A DNA stretch of 64,000 bases from Chrysomallon squamiferum (lineage: Eukaryota > Animalia > Mollusca). The DNA is taken from contig CM022677.1 of NCBI GenBank assembly GCA_012295275.1, forward strand, positions 18,910,001 through 18,974,000, in the 5' to 3' direction. Below are positions 1-13,044 of this stretch, in pieces. The notes under the pieces are model-generated. The model was given only the letters and a program-made list of their open reading frames with translations. It was not told the origin of the DNA and ran no database searches. How positions within the stretch are numbered: position 1 is the first letter of the stretch; each line of letters opens with the position of its first letter. Both the position numbers and the translations under genes were made by a program.

Positions 1-490
1 AGTTCTCTTTCTTCTTCTGTTATTTCAACTTGTTCTGTAGTTTCTTCTTCTTCAGTTATTTTCTTTTGGTTCTTGTAACTTCTCTTTCTTCTTCAGTTAT
101 TTCTACTTCACCTCTGTTGAACTTCTCTTCTTCTTCAGTTATTTCTACTGGTTCTGTAGTAACTTCTCTTTCTTCTTCAGTTATTTCTACTTGTTCTGTA
201 GTAACTTCTCTTTCTTCTTCAGTTATTTCTACTGGTTCTGTAGTAACTTCTCTTTCTTCTTCAGTTATTTCTACTTGTTCTGTAGTAACTTCTCTTTCTT
301 CTTCAGTTATTTCTACTGGTTCTGTAGTAACTTCTCTTTCTTCTTCAGTTATTTCTACTGGTTCTGTAGTAACTTCCCTTTCTTCTTCAGTTATTTCTAC
401 TTGTTCTGTAGTAACTTCTCTTTCTTCTTCAGTTATTTCTACTTGTTCTGTAGTAACTTCTCTTTCTTCTTCAGTTATTTCTACTGGTTC
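1..490 (-). repeat. 42-bp coding tandem repeat (14 aa, [14 protein letters not shown]), array 2
   Basis: Near-identical copies of agttatttctactggttctgtagtaacttctctttcttcttc on the + strand. Confidence 0.95.
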
Positions 491-3400
491 AGTTTCAGTT
501 CCTGGAATTTTCAGTCTCAGTTACTGCAATTTCAGATTCCCTTCTCTTTCAGGTTCAGTTTTCAGCTACTGGAATTCTTATATCCAGTTATATAAAGTCA
601 CTTTCTTCAATCAGTTTCACTTTCTGATTGGGAGATTCAGTTTCACTTACTGGGATTCACTTTCTGATACTTGGAGTTCACTTCTAATACTGGGAGTTCA
701 CTTTCTTCTTCTGTTCACTTTCTGATACTGGCAGTTCACTTCTCTTTCTTCTTCACTTTCTTTGTGGGAGTTCTTTCAGATACAGGGAGTTCACTTTCTT
801 CTTCTGGCAGTTCACTTTCAGATACAGGGATTTCACTTCAGATACTGGGAGTTCAGATTCAGATACTGGAGTTCACTTTCTGATACTGGAAGTTCACTTT
901 CAGATACAGGGAGTTCACTTTCTGATACTGGGAGTTCAGTTTCAGATACTGGGAGTTCACTTTCTGATACTGGAAGTTCACTTTCAGATACAGGGATTTC
1001 ACTTTCTGATACTGGGAGTTCAGTTTCAGATACTGGGAGTTCACTTTCTGATACTGGGAGTTCAGTTTCAGATACTGGGAGTTCACTTTCTGATACTGGA
1101 AGTTCACTTTCAGATACAGGGATTTCACTTTCTGATACTGGGAGTTCAGTTTCAGATACTGGGAGTTCACTTTCTGCAGGTTTTGTTTCAGCTACAGGAA
1201 TTTCATATTCAGTTATAGGAATTTCACTTTCTGATCCTAGGAGTTCAGTTTCAGGTACTTGAAGTTCAGCTTCAGTTTCGGAAAGTCCATATTCAGCTGT
1301 TGGAAGTTCAATTTCGGATACTTGAGTTTCAATTTCTGATTCAGTTACTGGAAGATCACCTTCGGTTTCTGGAACTTGGGTTTCAGTTTCAGAAAGTTCA
1401 CTTTCAGATACTGGAACTTCCGTCTCAGTTATTTCTACTGGTTCTGTAGTAACTTCTCTTTCTTCTTCAGTTATTTCTACTGGTTCTGTAGTAACTTCTC
1501 TTTCTTCTTCAGTTATTTCTACTGGTTCTGTAGTAACTTCTCTTTCTTCTTCAGTTATTTCTGCTTGTTCTGTAGTAACTTCTCTTTCTTCTTCAGTTAT
1601 TTCTACTGGTTCTGTAGTGACTTCTCTTTCTTCTTCAGTTATTTCTACTGGTTCTGTAGTAACTTCTCTTTCTTCTTCATTTATTTCTACTGGTTCTGTA
1701 GTGACTTCTCTTTCTTCTTCAGTTATTTCTACTGGTTCTGTAGTAACTTCTCTTTCTTCTTCAGTTATTTCTACTTGTTCTGCAGTAACTTCTCTTTCTT
1801 CTTCAGTTATTTCTACTGGTTCTGTAGTAACTTCTCTTTCTTCTTCAGTTATTTCTACTGGTTCTGTAGTAACTTCCCTTTCTTCTTCAGTTATTTCTAC
1901 TTGTTCTGTAGTAACTTCCTTTTCTTCTTCAGTTATTTCTACTGGTTCTGTAGTAACTTCTCTTTCTTCTTCAGTTATTTCTACTGGTTCTGTAGTAACT
2001 TCCTTTCTTCTTCAGTTATTTCTACTGGTTCTGTAGTAACTTCCTTTTCTTCTGCAGGTATTTCTACTGGTTCTGTAGTAACTTCCCTTTCTTCTTCAGT
2101 TATTTCTACTTGTTCTGTAGTAACTTCTCTTTCTTCTTCAGTTATTTCTACTGGTTCTGTAGTAACTTCTCTTTCTTCTTCAGTTATTTCTACTGGTTCT
2201 GTAGTGACTTCTCTTTCTTCAGTTTCTATCACTGGTAGTTCAGTCTCTGGATTCTGAAAGCTCCTTTTCAGATTCTGGAAGTTCAGTTTCTACTGGTTTC
2301 AGTTTCAGATTCCTTTCTTCTTTCAGTTAGTTCTGTTCAGTTCTGTAGATACTGGAAGTTCAGTTTCTTCAGTTATTTCTCAATTTCTGTTCTGTGGTAA
2401 CTTCCCTTTCTTCTGGAAGTTCATTTCTGATACTGGGAGTTCAGTATTAATACTCCCCTTCTTTCTTCAGTTATTTCTACTGGTTCTTTAGTAACTTCCT
2501 TTTCTTCTTCAGTTATTTCTAGTTCAGTTTCTGTAGATACTTCTCTTCACTTCTTCAGTTATTTCTACTTGTTCTTCAGTTTTCTCTTTCTTCTTCAGTT
2601 ATTTCTACTGGTTCTTCACTTTCACTTCTCTTTCTTCAGTTTCAGATACTGGAAGTTCAGTTTCAGGTACTGGAAGTTCAGATTCTCTTACTGCAGGTTC
2701 AGTTTCAGCTACAGGAATTTCATATTCAGTTATAGGAAGTTCACTTTCTAATATTGGAAGTTCACTTTCACTTACTGGTTGTTCAACTTCAGTTTCGGGA
2801 AGTCCATATTCAGGTGTTGGAAGTTCAGTTTTGGATGCTGGAGTTTCAATTTCAGATTCAGTTAGTGGAACTTCCGTTTCAGTTACTTCCACTTCTTTTT
2901 TTCTTCATTTTTACTTCTTTTTTTAGTATTTCTTCTTTCTTTTTCTTCATTTTTTTTCTTCTTTTTCTTCTGTTTCACTGACACCTATTTCTTCTTTCTC
3001 TTCTATTTCAGTGACACCTATTTCTTCTTTCTCTTCTGTTTCAGTGACACCTATTTCTTCTTTCTCTTCTGTTTCACTGACACCTATTTCTTCTTTCTCT
3101 TCTGTTTCACTGACACCTATTTCTTCTGTTTCACTGACACCTATTTCTTCTGTTTCACTGACACCTATTTCTTCTGTTTCAGTGACACCTATTTCTTCTA
3201 GTTCAGTGACAGCTATTTCTTCTAGTTCAGTGACACATATTTCCTCTGTCTTCTCTGTTTCAGTAACTCTTTCTTGGATTTCTTTCTCTGCGTCCATTTC
3301 TCTTATTAGAATGTCTCCTCGAGTTTCAGAAAGAGAATCTTCTCCTTCCTCTGCTTTTAACTCAGAGGTGAAGACTTTCGCAGTTACACGTTCTTGAACC

Positions 3401-6400
3401 GCCTCCTCAACGTCCTTTTCAACTACTGGAATGTTTTCTTTGGTTTCAGAAAGGGAAACTTTACCTTCTTCTGCCTTGGCGATTTCAGTAGAGACATCTT
3501 GATATTTTTCACTTTCTCTTTGCACCAAGTCAGCTTCGGTTATTGGAATGTCTTCTTCAGTTTCTGCTATTTCTGTTTCACTTTCCTTATTTTCAGTCAT
3601 TGATTCAAGGATTCCTGCAGACGAACTGACAAATTTTTCAGTTTCTTCAATCGCCTGTTCAATGTCTGCTTCTGTTATTGGAATGTCTTCCTCTCCTTCA
3701 GGATATGAAACTTCTCTTTCTTTTTCAATATCATCGACGTCGGCAGCAGCTCTACTCACAACGTCTACAGTCTCCTGAACTGCTGAATTAATGTCGGTTT
3801 CAAGTATCGGAATGTCTTGATGTGTTTCAGATTCAAGTAATACGTCTTCTGTTTCAGTGACTTCTTTCTGTTGTGTTTCACTGACATCTTTTTCTTCTGT
3901 TTCACTTATCTCCTTCTCTTCAATTTCAGTAACTTCGTGGTGTTCTATTTCTGTGACTTCTTTCTCTTCAATTTCAGTTTGTTCTTTCTGTTCTGTTTCA
4001 GTGACTTCTTTATCTTCTGTTTCAATGTCTTCTTTCTCTTCTGTTTCTCTTCAATTTCTGTTTCAGTGACTTCTTTATCTTCTATTTCAATGACTCCTTT
4101 CTCTTCAATTTCAGTGACTCCTTTCTCTTCAATTTCAGTTACTTCTTTCTCTTCAATTTCAGTGACTTCTTTCTCTAATTTTTCAGTTATCTCTTTGTCT
4201 TCCATTTCAGTGACTCTTTCCTCTTCTATTTCAGTGACTTCTTTCTCTTCGATTTCAGTTACTTCTTTCTCTTCTATTTCAGTCACAACTTTATCTTCTA
4301 TTTCAGTGACGTCTTGTTCTTCAATTGCAGTAATCTCTTTCTCTTCTACTTCAGTGATTTCTTTGTTTTCTATTTCAGTGACTTCTTTCTCTTGAACTTC
4401 AGTTTCTTCTTTCTCTTCTATTTCAGTTATTTCTTTCTCTTCTATTTCAGTGACTTCTTTGTCTTCTGTTTCAGTTTCTTCTTTCTCTTCTATTTCAGAT
4501 ACTTCTTTCTCTTCTGTTTCAGTGACTTCTTTCTCTTCTATTTCAGTGACTTCTTTGTCTTCTGTTTCAGTTTCTTCTTTCTCTTCTATTTCAGTTACTT
4601 GTTTCTCTTCTATTTCAGTGACTTCTTTCTCTTCGATTTCAGTGACTTCTTTCTCTTCTATTTCAGTGACTTCTTTCTCTTCTATTTCAGGGACTTGTTT
4701 CTCTTCTGTTTCAGTAGGTTCTTTGTCTTCTATTTCAGTGATTTCTTTCTCTTCTATTTCAGTCACAATTGTATCTTCTGTTTCAGTAAGTTCTTTGTCT
4801 TTTATTTCAGTGATTTCTTTCTCTTCGATTTCAGTTTGTTTTTTATCTTCTATTTCAGTGACGTCTTGTTCTTCAATTTCAGAAATGTCTTTCTCTTCAA
4901 TTTCAGTTATTTCTTTCTCTTCTATTTCAGTGACTTCTTTCTCTTCTATTTCAGGGACTTCTTTCTCTTCAATTTCAGTTACTTCTTTCTCTTCTATTTC
5001 ACTGACTTCTTTTTCTTCTGTTTCAGTGACTTCTTTCTCTTCAATTTCAATTATTTCTTTCTCTTCTATTTCAGTGATTTCTTTCTCTTCGATTTCAGTT
5101 TGTTCTTTATCTTCTATTTCAGTGACGTCTTTCTCTTCAATTTCAGTTTCTTCTTTCTCTTCTATTTCAGTTACTTGTTTCTCTTCTGTTTCAGTAGGTT
5201 CTTTGTCTTCTATCTCAGTTATTTCTTTCTCTTCTATTTCAGTCACAATTGTATCTTCTGTTTCAGTAAGTTCTTTGTCTTCTATTTCAGTTATTTCTTT
5301 CTCTTCTATTTCAGTGACTTCTTTCTCTTCTATTTCAGTGACTTCTTTCTCTTCTATTTCAGGGACTTCTTTTTCTTCTGTTTCAGTGACTTCTTTTTCT
5401 TCTGTTTCAGTTATTTCTTTCTCTTCTGTTTCACTGACTTCTTTCTCTTCTATTTCAGGGACTTCTTTCTCTTCGATTTCAGTGACTTCTTTTTCTTCTG
5501 TTTCAGTGACTTCTTCCTCTCCTGTTTCAGTCACAACTTTATCTTGTATTTCAGTGACGTTTTCTTCTTCAATTCCAGTAACGTCTTTCTCTTCAATTTC
5601 AGTGACTTCTTTCTCTTCAATTTCAGTTATTTCTTTCTCTTCTATTTCAGTTATTTCTTTCTCTTCTATTTCAGTTATTTCTTTCTCTTCTATTTCAGTG
5701 ACTTCTTTCTCTTCTATTTCAGTGACTTCTTTCTCTTCTATTTCAGGGACTTGTTTTTCTTCTGTTTCAGTGACTTCTTTTTCTTCTGTTTCAGTTATTT
5801 CTTTCTCTTCTGTTTCACTGACTTCTTTCTCTTCTATTTCAGGGACTTCTTTCTTTCGATTTCTCTTCTGTTTCAGTGACTTCTTTTTTCAGTCTTTTAT
5901 CTTGTGTTTCAGTGACGTTTTCTTTCTTCAATTCTTCTTTCTCTTCAATTTCAGTGACTTCTTTCTCTTCAATTTCAGTTATTTCTTTCTCTTCTGTTTC
6001 GGTGACTTCTTTCTCTTCTATTTCAGTTCTTCTTTCTCTTCTATTTCAGTGACTTCTTTCTCTTCTGTTTCAGTGACTTCTTTCTCTTCTATTTCAGTTA
6101 CTTCTTTCTCTTCTATTTCAGTGACTTCTTTCTCTTCTGTTTCAGTGACTTCTTTCTCTTCTTTGTCTTCTGTTTCAGTTACTTCTTTGTCTTCTGTTTC
6201 AGTGACTTCTTTCTCTTCTGTTTCAGTGACTTCTTTCTCTTCTGTTTCAGTGACTTCTTTCTCTTCTGTTTCAGTGTCTTCTTTCTCCTCTATTTCAGTG
6301 ACTTCTTTCTCTTCTGTTTCAGTTATTTCCTTCTCCTCTATTTCAGTGACTTCTTTGTCTTCTGTTTCAGTTACCTGCTTCTCTTGTGTTTCAGTGACTT

Positions 6401-9400
6401 CTTTCTCTTCAATTTCAGTGACGTCTTTTTCTTCTATTTCAGTGAATTCTTTCTCTTCTATTTCAGTGACTTCTTTCTCTTCTATTTCAGTGACTTCTTT
6501 CTCTTCTCTTTCAGTTACCTGCTTCTGTCCTGTTTCAGTTACTTGTTTCTCTTCTATTTCAGTGACTTCTTTCTCTTCTATTTCAGGGACTTCTTTCTCT
6601 TCTATTTCAGGGACTTGTTTTTCTTCTGTTTCAGTGACTTCTTTTTCTTCTGTTTCAGTTATTTTTTTCTCTTCTGTTTCACTGACTTCTTTCTCTTCTA
6701 TTTCAGGGACTTCTTTCTCTTCGATTTCAGTGACTTCTTTTTCTTCTGTTTCAGTGACTTCTTCCTCTCCTGTTTCAGTCACAACTTTATCTTGTATTTC
6801 AGTGACGTTTTCTTCTTCAATTCCAGTAACGTCTTTCTCTTCAATTTCAGTGACTTCTTTCTCTTCAATTTCAGTTATTTCTTTCTCTTCTGTTTCGCTG
6901 ATTTCTTTCTCTTCTATTTCAGTGACTTCTTTCTCTTCTATTTCAGTGACTTCTTTCTCTTCTGTTTCAGTGACTTCTTTCTCTTCTATTTCAGTTACTT
7001 CTTTCTCTTCTATTTCAGTGACTTCTTTGTCTTCTGTTTCAGTGACTTCTTTCTCTTCTTTGTCTTCTATTTCAGTGACTTCTTTCTCTTCTATTTCAGT
7101 GACTTCTTTCTCTTCAATTTCAGTTATTTCTTTGTCTTCTGTTTCAGTGACTTCTTTCTCTTCTTTGTCTTCTATTTCAGTGACTTCTTTCTCTTCTATT
7201 TCAGTGACTTCTTTCTCTTCTGTTTCAGTGACTTCTTTCTCTTCAATTTCAGTTACTTCTTTCTCTTCTATTTCACTGACTTCTTTTTCTTCTGTTTCAG
7301 TGACTTCTTTCTCTTCTGTTTCAGTTACTTCTTTGTCTTCTGTTTCAGTGACTTCTTTCTCTTCTGTTTCAGTGACTTCTTTCTCTTCTGTTTCACTTAT
7401 CTCTTTCTCTTCAATTTCATTGACTTCTTTGTCTTCAATTTCAATAACTTCTTGGTCTTCTATTTGAATGATTTCTTTCTCCTCAATTTCAGTTACTTCT
7501 TTCTCCGCCTTTCTGTTACTTCTTTGTCTTCTGTTTCAGTGACTTCTTTGTCTTCTATTTCAGTGACTTTTTTGTCTTCTTTCTCTTCTATTTCAGTGAC
7601 TTCTTTGTCTTCTATTCCAGTGACTACTTTCTCTTCTATTTCAGTGACTTTTTTCTCTTGCATTTCAGTGATTTCTTTCTCTTCTATTTCAGTGACTTCT
7701 TTCTCTTCTGTTTCAGTGATTTCTTTCTCTTCTATTTCAGTGACTTCTTTCTCTTCTGTTTCAGTGATTTCTTTCTCTTCTGTTTCAGTGACTTCTTTCT
7801 CTTCTGTTTCAGTGATTTCTTTCTCTTCTGTTTCAGTGACTTCTTTCTCTTCTGTTTCAGTGATTTCCTTCTCTTCTGTTTCAGTGACTTCTTTCTCTTC
7901 TATTTCTGTGACTTCTTTTTCTTCTGTTTGAGTTACCTCCTTTTCTTCTATTTCAGTGACTTCTTTCTCTTCTGTTTCGGTGACTTCTTTCTCTTCTGTT
8001 TCAGTGACTTCTTTCTCTTCTGTTTCAATGATTTCTTTCTCCTCTATTTCAGTGACTTCTTTCTCTTCTGTTTCAGTTATTTCCTTCTCCTCTATTTCAG
8101 TGACTTCTTTGTCTTCTGTTTCAGTTACCTGCTTCTCTTGTGTTTCAGTGACTTCTTTCTCTTCAATTTCAGTGACGTCTTTTTCTTCTATTTCAGTGAA
8201 TTCTTTCTCTTCTATTTCAGTGACTTCTTTCTCTTCTATTTCAGTGACTTCTTTCTCTTCTGTTTCAGTTACCTGCTTCTGTCCTGTTTCAGTTACTTGT
8301 TTCTCTTCTATTTCATTGACTTCTTTCTCTTCTATTTCTGTGACTTCTTTATCTTCTGTTTCAGCCACAACTTTATCTTCAATTTCAGTAATGTCTTTCT
8401 CTTCAATTTCATTGACTTCTTTCTCTTCTATTTCAGTGACTTCTTTCTCTTCTGTTTCAATGACGTCCTTGAATTCGGGTAAAACAACTTCTTTCTTTTC
8501 TCTTTCTGTGACTTGTGTTTGATTCAATTCAGTAACAGTTTCAATTTGTTCCTTTTCTGGAAGAGTAAAGTCGTCTTTTGTTTCAGACTCTGGAATCGGT
8601 AATGCTACTCGTTCAATGTGAATGCCTCGGGTTCAGAGATTTGATGCTTTAATTCGGCTACTGACGTTTCTCTAACTTCTTCTTGAGTTTCACATTTAAC
8701 CGCATCTGAACTAGCGTCTGCAATGTCGTGTACCATTTCAGATACCAACATCTCTTTACCCTCAACTACAATTTGACCTTTGTCAGTTTCTGATATTGGA
8801 ATACTCTCTTCTGTTGAGATGGGAATGGTTGAAGTGATTTGTCTTTCATCTTGTTCAGTTATGTGTACTGCTTCTGCTTCAGTACGGAAGCTGTCTTGTT
8901 CCTGAGAAGAAATTCCAGTTTCTTCGTGTACTGTTGTTTGTTCCATCCTTCTTTGAGATATCAAAATACTTTCATCTGGAATGTCTCCCTTTTCTGATTC
9001 TTTCATTTGTTTCTGGTCTGTTTCAATAATATCTTCTCGTTTTCTAGAAAGTTGTTCTTGTTCTTGCACGTACATTCGTTCCACCTTTGTTTCAGAGATG
9101 AAAATCTGTTCCTCTTTTTGAGAAAGTTCTTTTTCTCTTTTCTCACTGTCTGCAATAGCATGTTCTATATCTGTTTCAGTTATTGAAATATCCTCCTTCT
9201 CCTCTGTGATATAAGTATGTCGAATTTCTTCCTTGGTTTCGTCAGGCTGTTGAAATTCATCCTTACCTTCGATATCCAGGTGAGAATCTTCCTTACTTTC
9301 AGTCACCTGTTGTTGTTCATCTTCGACTTTATGAACTTGTTGAAACTGTTCCTTAACTATATGAACTTTTTCTATTTTTTCCTCACCTTCCCGAGCCTGT

Positions 9401-12400
9401 TGAAACTCATCCTTGTAAAGCAGTCCTTCTTTATCTTCAAGAAAATGTTGAAACTCTTCTTTAACGTTTTCAAATGTTCTGCCTTCATCTGAAACTTCTG
9501 TATACCCGTCATGCAATTCACAGACAAATTCACGAACAGAAATCTCTGAACTTTTATCAAACACGCGCTCACCTGAATCTTCTCTCACTCTTGGCATCAT
9601 CGTCGTCTTGACTTCATCACCCAGCCTCCGAGAGGCCACGCCCACTTCTCCAGTTCTAACCGCTCCTCTGAAACCTCCTTCCTTCTCGTCCTGTCGCGTT
9701 TCCACAGCAAACTGGTCTGGACATGTCATGGGACTCGACACTTCTGTGGCAGACACGCTGGAGAAGCAGTACCCTGCTGAAATCGTTGGTGGCGAATCGT
9801 CGAATCTTTTCAGAAGCTGAGACATTTCCGAAGCAAGAGTGAACTCGACGTCTCCTCCTGTCTCGATTTCAGCATAATCGACAGACTGCTGAACATCAAT
9901 GCTTTTTTCTTCAGCCTCTTCTTCCTTTTCGGTTTGAAACTCGTCCACTATTTTCTTCCACGGGACAAGTTCTATTGTTGCAATGAACGTCTGGACTGGA
10001 AGGTATCGCATGATGGCTTCGCTCTGGACGACTTCAGGACTCCACATTTCGGCTGCGTGTTGGAGGCCAAATATTCCCAGCTCGAGCAGCTCAGTGTTCT
10101 CGTACTCTATCAAATACACAGGGCTAACTTCTGCAAGTGTCGCAGGTGAACCAGAAACCACCGAGGACTGAAGTTTAACATCTTCTGTAGTGGTTTCTGC
10201 AGCTTTCACTTCTGGTTGCGATGTTTCGATGTCTTCTGTTCTGTCTTCTGCGTCGATTTTGACTTCAATTTCGTGAGTTTCAGAAGGATGTTCAGTTACA
10301 GTATCATGACTGGGAAGATCTTCTGTCAGTACTTCATGATCACCAGGAAGATATTGCTTTACAATTTCCGGATATTCAGAAATATGTTCTGTTGCAGTTT
10401 CCTGACTTCCAGGAAGAGGTTCTGTCAGGATTTCCTGGCTGTCATATATTGGACGTGTTAAAATTTCCTGACTTTCTGAAAGAGAACTTTCTGACACAGT
10501 TTCCTGACTTTCTGATGTTGGATATTCTTTCAAAATATCTGTTAAACCGTTGTCCTCTGAAACAGATAGAGCATCAGAAAACAGTCCACCTTCACTGACG
10601 ATCACAGAACTCTGAGTTCCTGGAGAGTCTTCTGCATCTGCTGGTGAAACATCTACGAAATCCGTTCCAACAGTAATTTCATATTCTGCCTGTGTTACTG
10701 CTACATCAGACTTTAATGTCATCGGTGCAGTTTCTTCGGACGGAGAAGTCAGTTGTTTGTCTGTCTCTCTCATTGACTCGTTTACTGGGAATGTCTCTGG
10801 AGCACTTTCGTCAGCATCTGAAACAGTTTCTCTCTTTTCTACTAGTTCTAGTTTTCCTGAATATTCACTGGCAGATATAACAGTAAACGGAGCAGAATCA
10901 TCTTCTGAAGCAATAACAACATCGTCTACAGATTGCCCTATCGGGAAAGTCCGAGGAGCGGATTGTTGTGAATCTGTAACATCTTGTTTCTGTTTTTCTG
11001 TGTCAGGTTTCACTGACTGAGCAGTTTCATCCACAAAGAAAGTCTCTGGAGGGTTTTCGTCGTCTGAAAGGACGTGGGATATGAGCCCCAGGCTGTAGAA
11101 ACTGATATCACCCTGGATGGGAGCCATGTTTACTGAGTCCAAGACTGAGTCGGATGTGACAGAATCGCTCATACTAACGTCACTGTCTGCAGCTGGTTCT
11201 TGTGACGTGCCCTCTTCTACAACCTCAGCCTCGCTGGAGAACACGTCATCCGACATTTCTTGTTTGAGAACTGATGTCGTCTGTCCTTGGTCGGTGTCTA
11301 CGCCGTCTGCAGAAGCACTTTCTGAAGCTTGGACGTAGTCCTGAGGTCCCGACGACGTGGAATCCGTCCTTTCGTAATCAGCGTCATCGCCTGATCCTGG
11401 TCCCTGTCGAGGTAACTTCGTATCAACCACGGTAACAATGCTGGCCGACGTATCGGATTCGGCTGCGTCTTCGTCAAAGATTTCTGAATCTACTCGGACG
11501 AAATCTTCAAATCCTGAAACCTCGTCGTCCTTTTCGTTCTGGTCCTTCTCGTCTGTTCCTCCTTCTCCTTGACTCAGAAGCCGTTCACCTTCACCGATCT
11601 GATACTCGTCCAACTTGCTTGCGACTGTAGGAGAGACATCGAAGACGTCGGTTATGTCTTCGGACGGAGAGAGAAGCGTTCCTTCCGAAGCCTCGGAGCT
11701 AAACGAGTCGAACCCGACCATGAACTGTTTCTCTTTGACGCCGTACTCGTCGTAGTTCTCCTCGTGGATGACGCTTTCGCCGTTGGAAATTAAGTCAAAA
11801 TGCTCGGCAGGGGTGAGCAACGCTTCGGGCTCTGACGACTTGGCCGGAGTTACCTCCCCTAGAGCAAAGTACGAATCCGTCGTAAAGTCTTCCGACAGTT
11901 CATCATCGCCGATTTCGTGCTCAGAAGCCGACGACGTCGTGCTTTCGTCGAGACGGCGGATTTTTAATGGATGGTCAGTTGATGGAGAGCCGATGTCGCT
12001 AACAGGAGATGAAGCTGGTGATTCACTTCCACCAGCAACAGGTTTTGTGACGATAGTCAAAGATTCGGGAACAGTCATGTCAGAAATGTCACGTGATATC
12101 ACATCAGAAGACTGCACGAAGTCACCTGTCTCTGTTACAGCCTCTTCTTTTGATATCAGAACCTCTGTCGACTTCGGAAAATCCTCTGTCGACTTCACAG
12201 CCTCATCTGTCGATATCACAGTATTATCCGTCGACATTACGGCGTCAACTGTCGACTGAAAGACATCGTTATCGGACGCTGACACAGCCTCCTCGGACTG
12301 TTTAGTTTCAGTGTATTTAATTAACGTCACTTCAGGCTCCTGCTCGTGTTCAGTCACGGACGAGTCAGCATTTGATTTTAATTCATCTTCAGCCTTCGCG

Positions 12401-13012
12401 CTCACATACATAGACTCGTCTATTTGAGAATCGACATTACAACTGTCTTCAGTGACTCTGGAAGTTCTGCCAAACAAACGAGTAAACGTTTCGTCTTGCG
12501 GAGCAGAGTCTGGGGTTTCATACTCGGAGACGATGATCGTTGGTTGGCTGTCTGAATAGTGACTTGGAAATGGACGGGAGAACGACGAAGGACCATCTCT
12601 GCGTTCATCAGCAACTGGTTCGCCGACGTCCTCTGATTGTTCCTGGTGTGAAAACGAATCGGAGTAGACGCCACTGCTGTCTTGGGAATACAAACGACTG
12701 GTCCCTTCTTCGGAAGTGGTCGAAAAGCGTGAAAGACTTTGGTCAGTATCGAAGTAGTCGTCCAGGTCATCAACGTCAGTTTTCTGCATCTGTGTTAGAC
12801 CAAACGTTTCTCTGGGAGATTCTCTTGTTGTTTCTTTCGCTGATGCTTGGATTTCTCCAGTCTCTGGTGGACGTGTTCCAGGAAGGACGTCTTCGTCGAA
12901 GATTTCTGCATCTTCCTGGAAATGCACGTGTTTTTCGTTGTACGTTTCTTCCGACGTGATCTGACACAAACCTTCGTCGTCAGCTCCCTTTAACATAGAC
13001 GGTGGACTTGGT

Positions 13013-13044
<32 letters not shown>

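Noticed and set aside
1-8460. Regular repeats as a possible CRISPR array
   Set aside because: Head-to-tail coding repeats with no unique spacers, no cas genes, and a eukaryotic intron-exon context.
30-8522. Long + strand Ser-rich and Phe-rich ORFs (e.g. 4450-7467, 4314-5879)
   Set aside because: Antisense shadows of the Glu-rich minus-strand repeats; they stay open only because the repeat lacks stop codons in those frames.
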